Assembly: GCA_028278345.1 (NCBI GenBank) | Contig: JANQEL010000227.1 | Span: 43,924-107,923 of the forward strand | Reading direction: 5' to 3' | DNA: 64,000 bases | Origin: Myxococcota bacterium | GTDB taxonomy: Bacteria > Myxococcota_A > UBA9160 > UBA4427 | Part shown: positions 36,942-47,079 of the stretch, one piece after another | How positions within the stretch are numbered: position 1 is the stretch's first letter | Layout: each line of letters opens with the position of its first letter | Made by a program: the position numbers and the translations under genes | The notes under the pieces: generated by a model | What the model saw: only the letters and a program-made list of their open reading frames with translations | Databases searched by the model: none | Told to the model about the DNA's origin: nothing

Positions 36942-37841
36942 GTGAGTCTTCTCGATCGCCTGCTTTCGAGGTCCAACCCCGACACCGACGCCATGCTCGT
37001 GGACGAGCCTGCACATGCGCCCGAAGTGGAGCGCGAACTCGATGCAGCACGAGCCCGCATCGCGCAGCTCGAAGCCGAACTCGCCGACTCGCATGAGAAG
37101 GTGGCCGAAGCCGAGCGCAGCCTCGAACAGATCTCGAACCTCACCGAGAGCCTCGCCGAATCGCGCGCGCGTTCAGCGAAGAATCTCCAGGATGTGAAGA
37201 ATGCCAGGGCTCGAGTCGAGGAGATGAACTCGACCTTGGCCCAGCACGACAACGCCCTCAAAGTCGCTCTTGCCGAGGCGAAAGTCGCGACCGAAGAGAA
37301 GGATCATCTGATCCGTGCGGTGCGAGCGGCGATCGAAGAGCTCACGGTTTCGATGAGTGCATCCGCCAAGGAGTGCTGCGAGGGCGCCGTGGCCGCGGAG
37401 AGCGTGGGCATGGCCGCGCACTCGGCCATGAACGAGGCCGCGGAAGCTGCCTCCCGCGCGGCCGAGATCATCGACGTCTCCGCCGCGATCCAGAAGGTGG
37501 CGGACCGCACCCGCCTGCTCTCCCTCAACGCGAAGATCGAAGCCAGCAAGGCGAACGAATTCGGTCGCGGTTTCGGCGTGGTCGCCGACGAGGTCGGGCG
37601 GCTCTCCCAGGAAGCCTCGGACGCGAGCGACCGCGTCGCCAGGGTGGCGTCGGTACTCGAGAGCAGCACGCGTCAGGTCTGCGAGTTCATCGAAGAGCTG
37701 CGCGAGAGCACCCAGGCCGTCAACCAGTTCTCCGAGCGCGTGGTCTTCACGACCCGCAAACAGGAAGACGCGATGCTGGCGCTGGGTGAGCAGATCACGA
37801 CGGCCCCGGACGACTCCGAAGCCGCGCCGGCCGACTCCTAG
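36942..37841 (+). CDS. Soluble protein made of a coiled coil plus an MCP signalling domain
   Basis: [40 protein letters not shown] matches the highly conserved MCP hairpin tip. No TM, HAMP or sensor domain is visible. 299 aa. Confidence 0.7.
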   Translation: MSLLDRLLSRSNPDTDAMLVDEPAHAPEVERELDAARARIAQLEAELADSHEKVAEAERSLEQISNLTESLAESRARSAKNLQDVKNARARVEEMNSTLAQHDNALKVALAEAKVATEEKDHLIRAVRAAIEELTVSMSASAKECCEGAVAAESVGMAAHSAMNEAAEAASRAAEIIDVSAAIQKVADRTRLLSLNAKIEASKANEFGRGFGVVADEVGRLSQEASDASDRVARVASVLESSTRQVCEFIEELRESTQAVNQFSERVVFTTRKQEDAMLALGEQITTAPDDSEAAPADS

Positions 37842-38314
37842 CCGGCGAGCTTGCTGAAGGCCTCGACCACGTCGTCGGGAGCCTGGACGAGTTCGACGAG
37901 AACGCCCTCGCCCCCGATCGGCGATTCCTCGTTGCCCTTCGGGTGGATGAAGCAGACGTCGAAACCCGCCGCGCCCTTGCGAATGCCACCTGGCGTGAAG
38001 CGAACGCCCTGCCCTTCGAGCCAGCCGACCGCCGCCTGCAGATCGTCGATCCACAGGCCCACGTGGTTGAGCGCCGGGTCGTGCACCTTGGGGCGCTTCT
38101 CGGGATCGATCGGCTGCATCAGATCGACTTCGACCTTGAACGCACCGGCGCCCGTCACCGCGATGTCTTCGTCGACGTTCTCGCTCTCGCTCTGGTAGGT
38201 GCCGGTCGCTTCGAGACCGAGGGTGTCGATCCAGAACTTGCGAAGCGCGGCCTTGTCGAGACCGCCGACGGCGATCTGTTGCAGGCCCAGAACTTTGAAG
38301 GGTCGCTCGGACAT
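37838..38314 (-). CDS. VOC/glyoxalase-fold protein (methylmalonyl-CoA epimerase-like)
   Basis: 158 aa. Contains [20 protein letters not shown] and [26 protein letters not shown]. Confidence 0.7.
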   Translation of the reverse strand: MSERPFKVLGLQQIAVGGLDKAALRKFWIDTLGLEATGTYQSESENVDEDIAVTGAGAFKVEVDLMQPIDPEKRPKVHDPALNHVGLWIDDLQAAVGWLEGQGVRFTPGGIRKGAAGFDVCFIHPKGNEESPIGGEGVLVELVQAPDDVVEAFSKLAG

Positions 38315-38427
38315 GGGGTTCTCCAGCTCGGGGTGGGGAGGGTTGAGGCTGCTGCGCCCGAAAGCGCGGCGGCCCAGTCTACCCAACCGTTCGCCTTCGA
38401 CCGCCCCCGTATCGCTACTGTCTGGCC

Positions 38428-39168
38428 GTGCCTGAACCCGCCGAGATCTTCGAGCGCATCTTTGCGCCGCTGAGCCAGCACGCGCCTGGAAGCGAAGCCT
38501 CCAGTCTGCGCGCCCTTGCGGCCGTACCGAAGCTCGCACTCGACGCGCGCATCCTGGATGTCGGCTGCGGACCCGGCCGCCACACCCGCCTGCTCGCCAG
38601 GGAGACGGGCTGCAGGGTGGCGGCGGTCGATCTCGCGCGTGCGGTGCTCGGGCGCGTACGCGTTCCCGGTGATGCCACGGCGGAGAGGATCGACGTCGTT
38701 CAGGGAGACATGGGCCGGCTGCCCTTCGCCGACGAGTCCTTCGAGCTGATCTGGTGCGAGGGCGCGATCTACTGTGTGGGGTTTCGCGAAGGCCTCGATC
38801 ACTTCCGCCCCCTTCTGCTCCCGGGCGGGCATCTCGCCGCCAGCGACCTGGTCTGGCTGCGCGAGGAGCGCCCCGCCGAAGTCGTCGAATTCCTGGCCCT
38901 CGAGTACCCCGAGATGGTGAGCAGCGAGGTGCGCCGCGGAGAGATCGCGGCGTCCGGCTACGAACTGCTGGAGGAGTTCGCGTTGCCTGATTCCGACTGG
39001 TTCGATGTCTATTATGCGGAGCTCGAGGCACGGCTTCTCGAGCTCGATGGCGAAGACCTGGGTCCCGGAAGGGCCGTCGTCGAGATGTGCCAGCGCGAAA
39101 TCGACGTGATGCGCAAGACGGACGGCGCCTGTGCATACGTCTTCTACATCATGCGAAAGACCCACTGA
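38428..39168 (+). CDS. Class I SAM-dependent methyltransferase
   Basis: Motif I is [12 protein letters not shown]. It has a GTG start, and its stop overlaps the following kinase start (TGATG). Confidence 0.75.
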   Translation: MPEPAEIFERIFAPLSQHAPGSEASSLRALAAVPKLALDARILDVGCGPGRHTRLLARETGCRVAAVDLARAVLGRVRVPGDATAERIDVVQGDMGRLPFADESFELIWCEGAIYCVGFREGLDHFRPLLLPGGHLAASDLVWLREERPAEVVEFLALEYPEMVSSEVRRGEIAASGYELLEEFALPDSDWFDVYYAELEARLLELDGEDLGPGRAVVEMCQREIDVMRKTDGACAYVFYIMRKTH

Positions 39169-40472
39169 TGCTCGAAACCCTACGGTCGTTCTTCGAACCC
39201 CCGATCACCGCCGACCCCGGTCAGGCTGCGACGCGCCTCGCCTGGGTGGTGCGCCTGCGTTGGCTGGCGCTGGGGGCCCAGGTGCTTTCGATCATTCCCG
39301 CTCTCGAGTTCGAGGTGCTCGAGCGCGAGATGGTGCCGCTCTTCCTCGCGGTGGTGGCTGCGCTCGCGCTGCTCAACATCGCGACCTGGGGTGCGCTGCG
39401 GCGAGAGAGCGAGGTGCATCCCGGCCACGTCTTCTTCCAGTTGGCGGCCGACGTCGCGGCACTTTCCGCGCTGCTCGCCCTCACGGGCGGTGCGTGGAAT
39501 CCGCTGATGTCGATCCTCTTCGTCCACATGGGGCTCGGGGCGCTACTCCTCGAAGGACAGCTCTCCTTCTTTCTCTTCATCTTGATCCTCGCGTGCATTG
39601 GATTCAATCAGGCGATGGCCCGCATCCCTCCCGGTCTCGAGGGCAGCCTGCTTCCGCCCTACCTGTTGTTTCCCGCGCAGTACACCGTTGCCGGTGTGTT
39701 CTGGATCCTGACCGCGTGGCTCTCTCGCACGCTGATGGCGCTGCAAGCGCACTTCTCCTTCTTGAGCGAACGCAAGACGCGCATCGACCGACTTCGCGCG
39801 GTGGGTGCGCTGGCGGCCGGTCTCTCCCACGAGTTCGCGACGCCGCTCAACACGGCGAAGCTCAAGCTCGCCCGCCTCGCGCGCACCCAGGATCTGGGAG
39901 ACGACAGCGATTGGGCGACGGCCAGCGAGGCCCTCGAACGCTGCGAGGAGATCCTGCGCCGCATGACGGGTTCGCAGCTCGAACCCGACGGGGTCCTCCT
40001 CGAGCCGGTGGACGTGCCGCGCATCGTCGAGCGCATGTGCGACAGCGCGCGGGAAACCAACCATGGGCAGATGGGCGGCAAGATCCGCTTCTCGAACGCC
40101 AGCCGCAGCCACCGGCGCGCCCTGCTCCCCGCGGTGGCCTTCTCGCATGCGATCCTGAATCTGCTCGACAATGCACGCGAATCGACCCAGGGCGAGGGGG
40201 TGACGGACGTCGTGGTGAGCTCTCGCGCAGGGCACCTCGAGGTGTCGGTGCTCGACCGGGGCCCCGGCTGGCCCGACGTGGTGCGCAAACACTTCGGTGA
40301 ACCGTTCATTACCACCAAACCGGACGGTGTTGGACTCGGTCTCTACTATGTCCATAATCTGTGTGAAGCTGTCGGCGCCGAATTCATCCTGGAAGATCGC
40401 GAGGACGGCGGCGCCGAAGCGCGCATCATCCTACCCGCGTACGTACCCGCCGCGGAAACCACGATCGCCTGA
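39168..40472 (+). CDS. regB: RegB/PrrB/ActS-like membrane redox-sensing histidine kinase
   Basis: Multiple N-terminal TM helices include LTGGAWNPL, which resembles the RegB GGXXNPF quinone-site motif. The H-box is LSHEFATPLNT, the N-box LLDNARES and the G-boxes DRGPGWP and GLGLYY. Confidence 0.75.
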   Translation: MLETLRSFFEPPITADPGQAATRLAWVVRLRWLALGAQVLSIIPALEFEVLEREMVPLFLAVVAALALLNIATWGALRRESEVHPGHVFFQLAADVAALSALLALTGGAWNPLMSILFVHMGLGALLLEGQLSFFLFILILACIGFNQAMARIPPGLEGSLLPPYLLFPAQYTVAGVFWILTAWLSRTLMALQAHFSFLSERKTRIDRLRAVGALAAGLSHEFATPLNTAKLKLARLARTQDLGDDSDWATASEALERCEEILRRMTGSQLEPDGVLLEPVDVPRIVERMCDSARETNHGQMGGKIRFSNASRSHRRALLPAVAFSHAILNLLDNARESTQGEGVTDVVVSSRAGHLEVSVLDRGPGWPDVVRKHFGEPFITTKPDGVGLGLYYVHNLCEAVGAEFILEDREDGGAEARIILPAYVPAAETTIA

Positions 40473-40544
40473 TCGCCTACCGACCTCCCCGATCGCGCCC
40501 AGACCCAGAAGCGCCTCGAAGAACAGCCACGAGGAATCGCAGCC

Positions 40545-41114
40545 ATGCCCGAAAGCGAAGCCGCAACCACGACAGAAGAACCCGAAGATCGAGAGAAGAC
40601 GTTGCTGATCGTCGAAGACGACGACCGCTTCGCCGACACCCTGGCGACCGAGTTTCGCGATCGCGGCTACACCGTGGGCCGGGTATCGGATCTCGCCGGC
40701 CTCGAAGGCACGGATCCGAGCGAGTTCTCCTACGCGGTGGTCGACCTGCGCCTGCGCCGTGACAGCGGCCTCGACGCGATCACCTCGATCAAGACCCGCT
40801 CACCCGGTACGCGCATCGTCGTGCTGACGGGCTACGGGAGTATCGCGACCGCGGTACAGGCCACCAAGAACGGCGCCACCAACTACCTCACCAAGCCGAT
40901 CGACATGGACGAACTCGAGCACACCCTGGTCACCGGTGGCTCGGGGGACGAGACGCCGATCCCCGACGAGTTCCAGAGCCTCGACCGCCACGAGCGCGAG
41001 TACATCGAATACGTGCTCAACGAATGCGGCGGCAACATCAGTCAGGCAGCGCGGCGACTCGGACTGCATCGTCAGAGCCTGCAGCGCAAGTTGCGCAAGT
41101 TCACGCCGCGCTAG
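40545..41114 (+). CDS. regA: RegA/PrrA/ActR-like response regulator (receiver plus Fis-type HTH)
   Basis: Contains LLIVEDDD, VVDLRLRRDSG and GNISQAARRLGLHRQSLQRKLRK. 189 aa. Confidence 0.85.
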   Translation: MPESEAATTTEEPEDREKTLLIVEDDDRFADTLATEFRDRGYTVGRVSDLAGLEGTDPSEFSYAVVDLRLRRDSGLDAITSIKTRSPGTRIVVLTGYGSIATAVQATKNGATNYLTKPIDMDELEHTLVTGGSGDETPIPDEFQSLDRHEREYIEYVLNECGGNISQAARRLGLHRQSLQRKLRKFTPR

Positions 41115-41139
41115 CGCGCCTTCCCTCACGGAGACGAAA

Positions 41140-41889
41140 ATGAACCGCTTCGAAGACCTCGTTGTATTGCTGACGGGCGCCGCCTCCGGCATCGGCAAGG
41201 CGAGCATCCTGCGCATGGCCCGGGAAGGCGCGAGCGTCGTATGCGCGGACATCCAGCGCGAAGGCGCAGAGGCGACCGCGAAGGAAGCACGCGAACTCGG
41301 CGCGAAGGCCATCGCAGTGCCGGTCGACGTCGCCGACCCCGACTCCGTGCGCGAATGCGTCGACGCCGCGATTGGCGAGTTCGGACGCATCGACGCGCTA
41401 TGCAACATCGCGGGCATCCTGCACTTCGACAACATGCACGAACTCAGCCTCGATCGTTGGAACCAGATCATCGCCGTGAACCTCACCGGCACGTTCCTGA
41501 TGACCCAGGCCGCGCTTCCCCACCTGCTGGCCAACGGCGGAGCCATCGTCAACATGGCTTCGACGGCGGGTCAGGCGGGCCAACCCTGGAGCGCCGCCTA
41601 CTCGGCCGCCAAGGGCGGCATCCTTTCGCTCACCCGCACGACCGCGGTCGAGTACGGAAGGCAGGGTGTTCGCTGCAATTCGCTATCGCCGGGTGGTGTC
41701 ATCACCCCGATCCACAACGAGTTCCAGTTTCCGGAAGGCGCCGACCAGACGCTGCTCCAGCGCATCACGCCGCTGGACAAGATGCGCCCCGCCGAAGTCG
41801 CTGCGAACGTGGTCGCCTTCCTCGCCTCGCCCGATTCCATCCACATGAACGGCGAGGACATCCGCGTCGACGGCGGGACCCTGGCGTAG
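41140..41889 (+). CDS. SDR-family oxidoreductase
   Basis: Contains LTGAASGIGKA, the catalytic YSAAKGG and PGGVITP. 249 aa. Confidence 0.85.
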   Translation: MNRFEDLVVLLTGAASGIGKASILRMAREGASVVCADIQREGAEATAKEARELGAKAIAVPVDVADPDSVRECVDAAIGEFGRIDALCNIAGILHFDNMHELSLDRWNQIIAVNLTGTFLMTQAALPHLLANGGAIVNMASTAGQAGQPWSAAYSAAKGGILSLTRTTAVEYGRQGVRCNSLSPGGVITPIHNEFQFPEGADQTLLQRITPLDKMRPAEVAANVVAFLASPDSIHMNGEDIRVDGGTLA

Positions 41890-41906
41890 AGCGCGCTCTT
41901 CGATCT

Positions 41907-43652
41907 CTACTCGAGGAAGCTGCGGAGCACCGAGCTGCGGCTCGGGTGGCGCAGCTTGCGCAGGGCCTTGGCTTCGATCTGGCGGATGCGTTCGCGGGTC
42001 ACGTCGAAGTCGTTGCCGACCTCTTCGAGGGTGTGCTTCGAGCGCTCGCCGATGCCGAAGCGCATCTTGAGCACCTGGGCTTCGCGCGGCGGGAGTGAAG
42101 AGAGGGCGGAGAGGGTCTGATCCTCGAGGCTCGCCTGGATCGCGGCCTCCTGCGGATCGATGGCTTCGGTGTCTTCGATGAAGTCGCCGAGATGACTGTC
42201 GTCGTCGCCGACCGGGGCTTCGAGGCTCACGGGCTCGCGCGCGATCTTGAACACCATCTGGACCTTCTCGAGGGGGAGATCCATCTCGCTCGCGAGTTCT
42301 TCGGGCGAGGGTTCGCGACCGAGCATCTGTACGAGGTGTCGCGTGGTGCGCACGATCTTGTTGATCGTGTCGATCATGTGGACCGGGATGCGGATCGTGC
42401 GGGCCTGATCGGCGATTGCGCGGGTGATCGCCTGGCGGATCCACCAGGTCGCGTAGGTGGAGAATTTGTAGCCGCGCTGGTACTCGAACTTCTCGACCGC
42501 CTTCATCAGGCCGAGATTCCCCTCCTGGATCAGGTCGGAGAACTGCAGCCCGCGGTTGTTGTACTTCTTGGCGATCGACACCACGAGGCGAAGGTTCGCT
42601 TCGATCAGTTCTTCCTTGGCGAGGTGGGCGCGCTCGGCGCTTTCGGCGTGCCAGTTGAGGGCGACGCGCACTTCGTCGCTCTTCATTCCGCAGGCCTCTT
42701 CGAGGCTCGCGACGGCGGCGTCGATCTCTTCGATCTGCGCCAGCACGTTCTCGATCTCCGCGCGATTGCCGCCGAGCTTCGCGAGCGCATCCTCCGCGCC
42801 CGCGCTCCGGCCGAGTGCGCGACGCGCACAAGTGGCGAACTCGGAGGCCGACATCATGTACGGCCGCATGATGCGCTGCGCGCGCCCATCGAGGCGCGCG
42901 AACGCCTCGGCGAGTTCGCGGAAGTCGCAGGCGAGGCCTTCGTACTGGCTTCGCGCGAAGCGGGTGCGGCGCAGCTTCGCGAGCATCTTCTTGTAGTCGG
43001 AGTCGTTCTCGGCCTGGAGCTTGGCGCGCGCCTGGCGCTTGCCCTTGCCTGCTACGCCGTTGGTCTTGGCCGAGAGTTCCGCGTTTCGGTCGGCGATCTT
43101 CTCTTCGAGCTTCTTGATGGCGTTCATCGTCGTGAGGAAGTGACGACGTCGCTTTTCCTTGGGCTCGGCGTTGGTGTCGTCGAGCCCGTCGACGACAGCG
43201 CGCAGGTTGATCTCACCCGCGCGGAAGCGCTCGGCGGCCGAGAGCACGGCCGCGATACCCCAGGGATTGGCGAGCAGGGCGAATTGCGCGTCGTGGGTCG
43301 CGGATTCGATCCGCTTGGCGATCTCCACCTCGCCTTCGCGGGTGAGCAACGCGACCCGACCCATCTCCCGCAGATAGACGCGAACGGGATCCTGGGTGGC
43401 CGAACGTTCTTCGGGGTGGAGCTTCGACTTCGTTGCGCGTCGCGCCTTCTTGGCAGGCGCTTCGGGGGGAACGCTCGCGACCTTCGACTTGCTCGCCTGC
43501 TTGCCTGTCTTGTTCTTGCTACCAGCAGCCTTCGAAGAAGCAGCGTCGGGAGCGCTCGCGGTCTTGGCCGCACGCTTCGTCGCACCGCTCCGCTTGGGAG
43601 TGGTCTTGGTGACAGCAAGGTCCGCGGACGTCGAGGGCGCGTTCGAAGCCAT
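41907..43652 (-). CDS. rpoD: Primary RNA polymerase sigma factor RpoD
   Basis: Contains [27 protein letters not shown] and [30 protein letters not shown], with a Lys/Ala-rich N-terminal extension. 581 aa. Confidence 0.95.
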   Translation of the reverse strand: MASNAPSTSADLAVTKTTPKRSGATKRAAKTASAPDAASSKAAGSKNKTGKQASKSKVASVPPEAPAKKARRATKSKLHPEERSATQDPVRVYLREMGRVALLTREGEVEIAKRIESATHDAQFALLANPWGIAAVLSAAERFRAGEINLRAVVDGLDDTNAEPKEKRRRHFLTTMNAIKKLEEKIADRNAELSAKTNGVAGKGKRQARAKLQAENDSDYKKMLAKLRRTRFARSQYEGLACDFRELAEAFARLDGRAQRIMRPYMMSASEFATCARRALGRSAGAEDALAKLGGNRAEIENVLAQIEEIDAAVASLEEACGMKSDEVRVALNWHAESAERAHLAKEELIEANLRLVVSIAKKYNNRGLQFSDLIQEGNLGLMKAVEKFEYQRGYKFSTYATWWIRQAITRAIADQARTIRIPVHMIDTINKIVRTTRHLVQMLGREPSPEELASEMDLPLEKVQMVFKIAREPVSLEAPVGDDDSHLGDFIEDTEAIDPQEAAIQASLEDQTLSALSSLPPREAQVLKMRFGIGERSKHTLEEVGNDFDVTRERIRQIEAKALRKLRHPSRSSVLRSFLE

Positions 43653-43821
43653 GGGGGGGTCTCCTTGCGAGCTGCATTTCCGCGGCGCTGCGTCGTCTCC
43701 GCGGGTCAGTGGCTGCGTCTTCTACAATTTGGCGTCTATGTCGTGGTCGTCTACGTCGGGCTGTCTCACCTCGGCGCTGGTTGCCGGCTTCGAAGCTTGC
43801 CAGGAATGAAGAGCCGAAACT

Positions 43822-45663
43822 TCATCGCTTCTTCACACCCTGCGCGGCGCGCCGTTCTTCGAGTTGTCTCTGCTTACGTGCCAGGAGGTCATCGTGGTCC
43901 GCGTCGGGGTCGTGGAACTCACGAGTGACCTGGGATTTCTCTGCCGCTCGCCGCCTTTTCGTGAACCACGAGAGGATGTCGTCGAGCATTCGTTCCGGGG
44001 AAGTGTCGCTGTCTTGAACCCAATCGTCGACCGCTACGCGTCGAAGTCTCGCTGCGGCCTCGGCGTCGAGACGCTCCTCGAGCAGGTCGAGGTCGATCGC
44101 GCCGCCGTCGTCGACGTGTCCATCTTGCGCTGCGTCAATCAACAGCATCAGGATCGCCTTCCAGGAACCTTCGGGGACGAGTTCGTCGACGCGCTCACGC
44201 AGGTTGTCCGAGAGCAGCGTGGGGTAGAGATAGGCGAGTTGGGTGAGGCGATGGAGGTGTTGCTCCTCGCGCCCTGCGGGTGTGCGATCGACCAGGCGCG
44301 GTGCCGATGAACTGCCGGTGGGCTCGCCGCCGCGCGCGGATTCGCGGGGGTGACGCCCGCGTGCGTCACTCTGGGCGCGTCTCACGACGGTTTCGACGGC
44401 CGCGGGGTCGGTCGAGGTCACCAGCGCGAGGCGCCGCGCGTACTCGACGCGCTCGACCGGATCCTGGTAGAGCGCCACGAAGCGCGCCACGTGGTTGACC
44501 ACCGAGGCCTTCTCCGAAGGGGTCGTGCAGCCCTGCTTGATCGCGTTGCGCATCACGATCTCGATCGCCTCGGGGGCACCGTCGACGAGTTTACGCAGTG
44601 CGTCAGGACCGTGGGCTTCCAGATAGCTGTCGGGGTCCTCGCCGGGCGGTAGCAAGGCGGCACGTGCACGTAGCCGCGCAGGCAGCAGGATTTCGAGGGC
44701 CTTCTCGACGGCGGCCTGTCCGGCGGCGTCGCCGTCGAAGAGCAGGACGACCTGCTCGGTGCGGCGCTTGAGTTGTCGAGCATGGCCCTCGGTGAGCGCG
44801 GTGCCGCACGTTGCAAGCGCCTCGGGCATGCCGGCGCGCGCGAGCGCGATGCGATCGAAGTAGCCCTCGCAGAGAATCGCGCGTCCCCCGCGGCGAATGC
44901 CTTCGAGGGCTTGCGGGAAACCGTAGAGCGCATCGCGCTTGTGGAAGATCGGGCTCTCGGGGGTGTTGAGATACTTGGGTTCCTGATCGGGAAGCGTCGC
45001 GCGCCCGCCGAAGCCAATGATGCGATCGCGCACGTCGCGAATCGGGAACACCACGCGACCGCGCAATCGCGCGTACGAGCCGCCGCGCTTGCCTCCCCGA
45101 TCGCCGTCGCGCTCGACGAGCAGCCCCGCTGCGATGGCGTGCTCTTCGCTCACCCCACTGCGCTCGAGTTCGCGACCGAGCTCGTCCCAACTGTTCAGCG
45201 CAAAGCCGATGCCGAAGCGCTCGATCGCCTCCTGGTCGAGACCGCGCTTCGCGAGATAGGCGCGTGCGGCTTCGCCTTCCTTCGAAGCGAGCCCTGCCCG
45301 ATAGATGCGTTGGGCGACTTCGTTCGCGGCAAAGAGGTGTTCATTGATGCCGCGGCTGGAACTCCCGGTCTCGGGGATCTCGATCCCGACTTCGGCGGCG
45401 ATGTTGCGCGTCGCCTCGGGGAAGGTCAGCCCCTCGTGGCGCATCAGGAAGCTGATCACATTGCCGCCGACCTGACAGCCGAAGCAATGGAAGATCTGAC
45501 GCTCGGGGTTGACGTTGAAGGAAGGAGTCTTCTCGTCGTGGAAGGGACAGCGGCCCTTGTAGTTGCGGCCGGCCTTCTTCAGCTCGACGTAGCGTCCGAT
45601 GAACGAGACGATGTCGGCGCGATCCTTGATCTCCTGGATCGTCTCTTCCGGAATAAGACCCAA
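43822..45663 (-). CDS. dnaG: DNA primase
   Basis: The zinc finger is CPFHDEKTPSFNVNPERQIFHCFGC and the Toprim motif is ILCEGYFD. 613 aa. Confidence 0.95.
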   Translation of the reverse strand: MGLIPEETIQEIKDRADIVSFIGRYVELKKAGRNYKGRCPFHDEKTPSFNVNPERQIFHCFGCQVGGNVISFLMRHEGLTFPEATRNIAAEVGIEIPETGSSSRGINEHLFAANEVAQRIYRAGLASKEGEAARAYLAKRGLDQEAIERFGIGFALNSWDELGRELERSGVSEEHAIAAGLLVERDGDRGGKRGGSYARLRGRVVFPIRDVRDRIIGFGGRATLPDQEPKYLNTPESPIFHKRDALYGFPQALEGIRRGGRAILCEGYFDRIALARAGMPEALATCGTALTEGHARQLKRRTEQVVLLFDGDAAGQAAVEKALEILLPARLRARAALLPPGEDPDSYLEAHGPDALRKLVDGAPEAIEIVMRNAIKQGCTTPSEKASVVNHVARFVALYQDPVERVEYARRLALVTSTDPAAVETVVRRAQSDARGRHPRESARGGEPTGSSSAPRLVDRTPAGREEQHLHRLTQLAYLYPTLLSDNLRERVDELVPEGSWKAILMLLIDAAQDGHVDDGGAIDLDLLEERLDAEAAARLRRVAVDDWVQDSDTSPERMLDDILSWFTKRRRAAEKSQVTREFHDPDADHDDLLARKQRQLEERRAAQGVKKR

Positions 45664-45752
45664 ACTTGCCCCGTTTCAATTCAACCGGGCGAAGGTCCCA
45701 TCACTGGCTGTGCGGTTTGCGCACATGGGCTGTGCGCCAGCACCGCAGTCGT

Positions 45753-45950
45753 TCAGTTGGACATCCGCCGCATCTTCTTCAGCGCGCGCTTGCGAGCCGC
45801 AGCCGCCTTCTTCTTCTTGCTGATGCTCGGCTTGTCGTAGTACTCGCGTCGTCGCAGCTCGGTCAGGATGCCGGCCTTTTCGCAGCTCTTCTTGAACCGC
45901 TTCATGGCCTGCTCGAACGATTCGTTTTCCTTGACTTTGATGACGGTCAT
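45753..45950 (-). CDS. rpsU: 30S ribosomal protein S21
   Basis: [42 protein letters not shown]... 65 aa from the ATG at 45950. Confidence 0.9.
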   Translation of the reverse strand: MTVIKVKENESFEQAMKRFKKSCEKAGILTELRRREYYDKPSISKKKKAAAARKRALKKMRRMSN

Positions 45951-46195
45951 ACGCGCTATTGGCTCCTGATCATCGAGCGCCCTTTTCAGCTGCGGACGCG
46001 GTCGACGATCTGTGATGAGTGGTTTCCGGTTGGGGTCCGTGTCGAACACTGCGGCGGGCGGGGGCCCTGCTCTTCGAGTGCTGGGTTCGACGCGGTCGAT
46101 TCTTTCGGTCCTCCGGCGAATTCCATTGACAAATCAATGGGCTTCGCGGGAACGCGGCACGCTAGCGCACGGTCTGGCCCTGGGAAATGGGGGGC

Positions 46196-46945
46196 TCAAC
46201 CGACTGCTGCCAGGGCCTCGGCCAGGTCGACGGCCCCGGTGTAGAGGGCCTTGCCGACGATGATCCCCGCGATTCCCGAGGCGGATTCCGCTGCAGCGGC
46301 GGTGATGTCCGCAGTCTGGGCGACGCCCCCGGAGACGATCACCGGGATGCTCACCACCTTGGCCAACTCCAGCGTCCCCGCGAGGTTGGGGCCCGTCAGC
46401 ATGCCGTCCCGGGAGATGTCGGTGTAGACGATGGCGGCGACGCCGGCGTCCTCGAACTGCACGGCGAGCTCGCTGGCCCGGGCCTCGCTGGTGTCGAGCC
46501 AGCCTTCGACGGCGACGCGGCCGTCGCGGGCGTCGATGCCGACGACGATCTGCTCCGGAAAGCGGCGCGCCGCCTCGCGTACGAGATTGGGGTCGCGCAG
46601 GGCCACGGTGCCGAGAATCACGCGCTGGATCCCGAGGGAGAGGGTCGCCTCGATCGTATCGAGGTCGCGAATGCCGCCCCCGAGCTGGACCGGGATGTCC
46701 GTGCCCACCGCCTTCACGATCGACGAGATCGCCTCGCGGTTCTCGGGCCGCCCGGCCTTCGCGCCATCGAGATCGACGACGTGGAGGCGTCGAATCCCGT
46801 GTTCGGCGAAGCCACCGGCGACCTTGCCGGGATCTTCGCCGTAGACGGTCTTCTGGTCGTAGTCGCCCTGGGAGAGGCGAACGCAGTGGCCGTCGATGAG
46901 GTCGATGGCGGGGATGACTTCGAAGGGGGAAGGGGGCGTGGGCAT
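46196..46945 (-). CDS. hisA: 1-(5-phosphoribosyl)-5-[(5-phosphoribosylamino)methylideneamino]imidazole-4-carboxamide isomerase
   Basis: Contains [40 protein letters not shown] and IVSGGV. 249 aa from the ATG at 46945. Confidence 0.9.
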   Translation of the reverse strand: MPTPPSPFEVIPAIDLIDGHCVRLSQGDYDQKTVYGEDPGKVAGGFAEHGIRRLHVVDLDGAKAGRPENREAISSIVKAVGTDIPVQLGGGIRDLDTIEATLSLGIQRVILGTVALRDPNLVREAARRFPEQIVVGIDARDGRVAVEGWLDTSEARASELAVQFEDAGVAAIVYTDISRDGMLTGPNLAGTLELAKVVSIPVIVSGGVAQTADITAAAAESASGIAGIIVGKALYTGAVDLAEALAAVG

Positions 46946-47079
46946 TCGGTGTTCCGCTCGCCAGCCGTGGGTTCCAGCTGGCCGCATCGGGGGTAGGTAC
47001 CTCAGCCGGGTCGGAAGTGCCCGGCGCTCGACCCCCGATGGTTGGACTCGGCTGCCCCGCCGGCCCTTCCCTCTCGAGA

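Noticed and set aside
41683-42831. 382-aa Arg-rich ORF and similar ORFs (1345-2469, 15544-16833, 20351-21841, 37838-39136 upstream part, 46134-47111, 62048-63535)
   Set aside because: All of them overlap well-supported genes in other frames or strands. Their skewed Arg/Pro/Gly/Ala composition is typical of off-frame translation of GC-rich coding DNA.
46123-46140. Perfect inverted repeat CCATTGA-CAAA-TCAATGG between hisA and rpsU, containing TTGACA on the plus strand
   Set aside because: No plus-strand gene lies downstream, and on the minus strand I could not pair it with a credible -10 element. It may be an operator or a hisA terminator stem, but it has no U tract and there is no supporting evidence.
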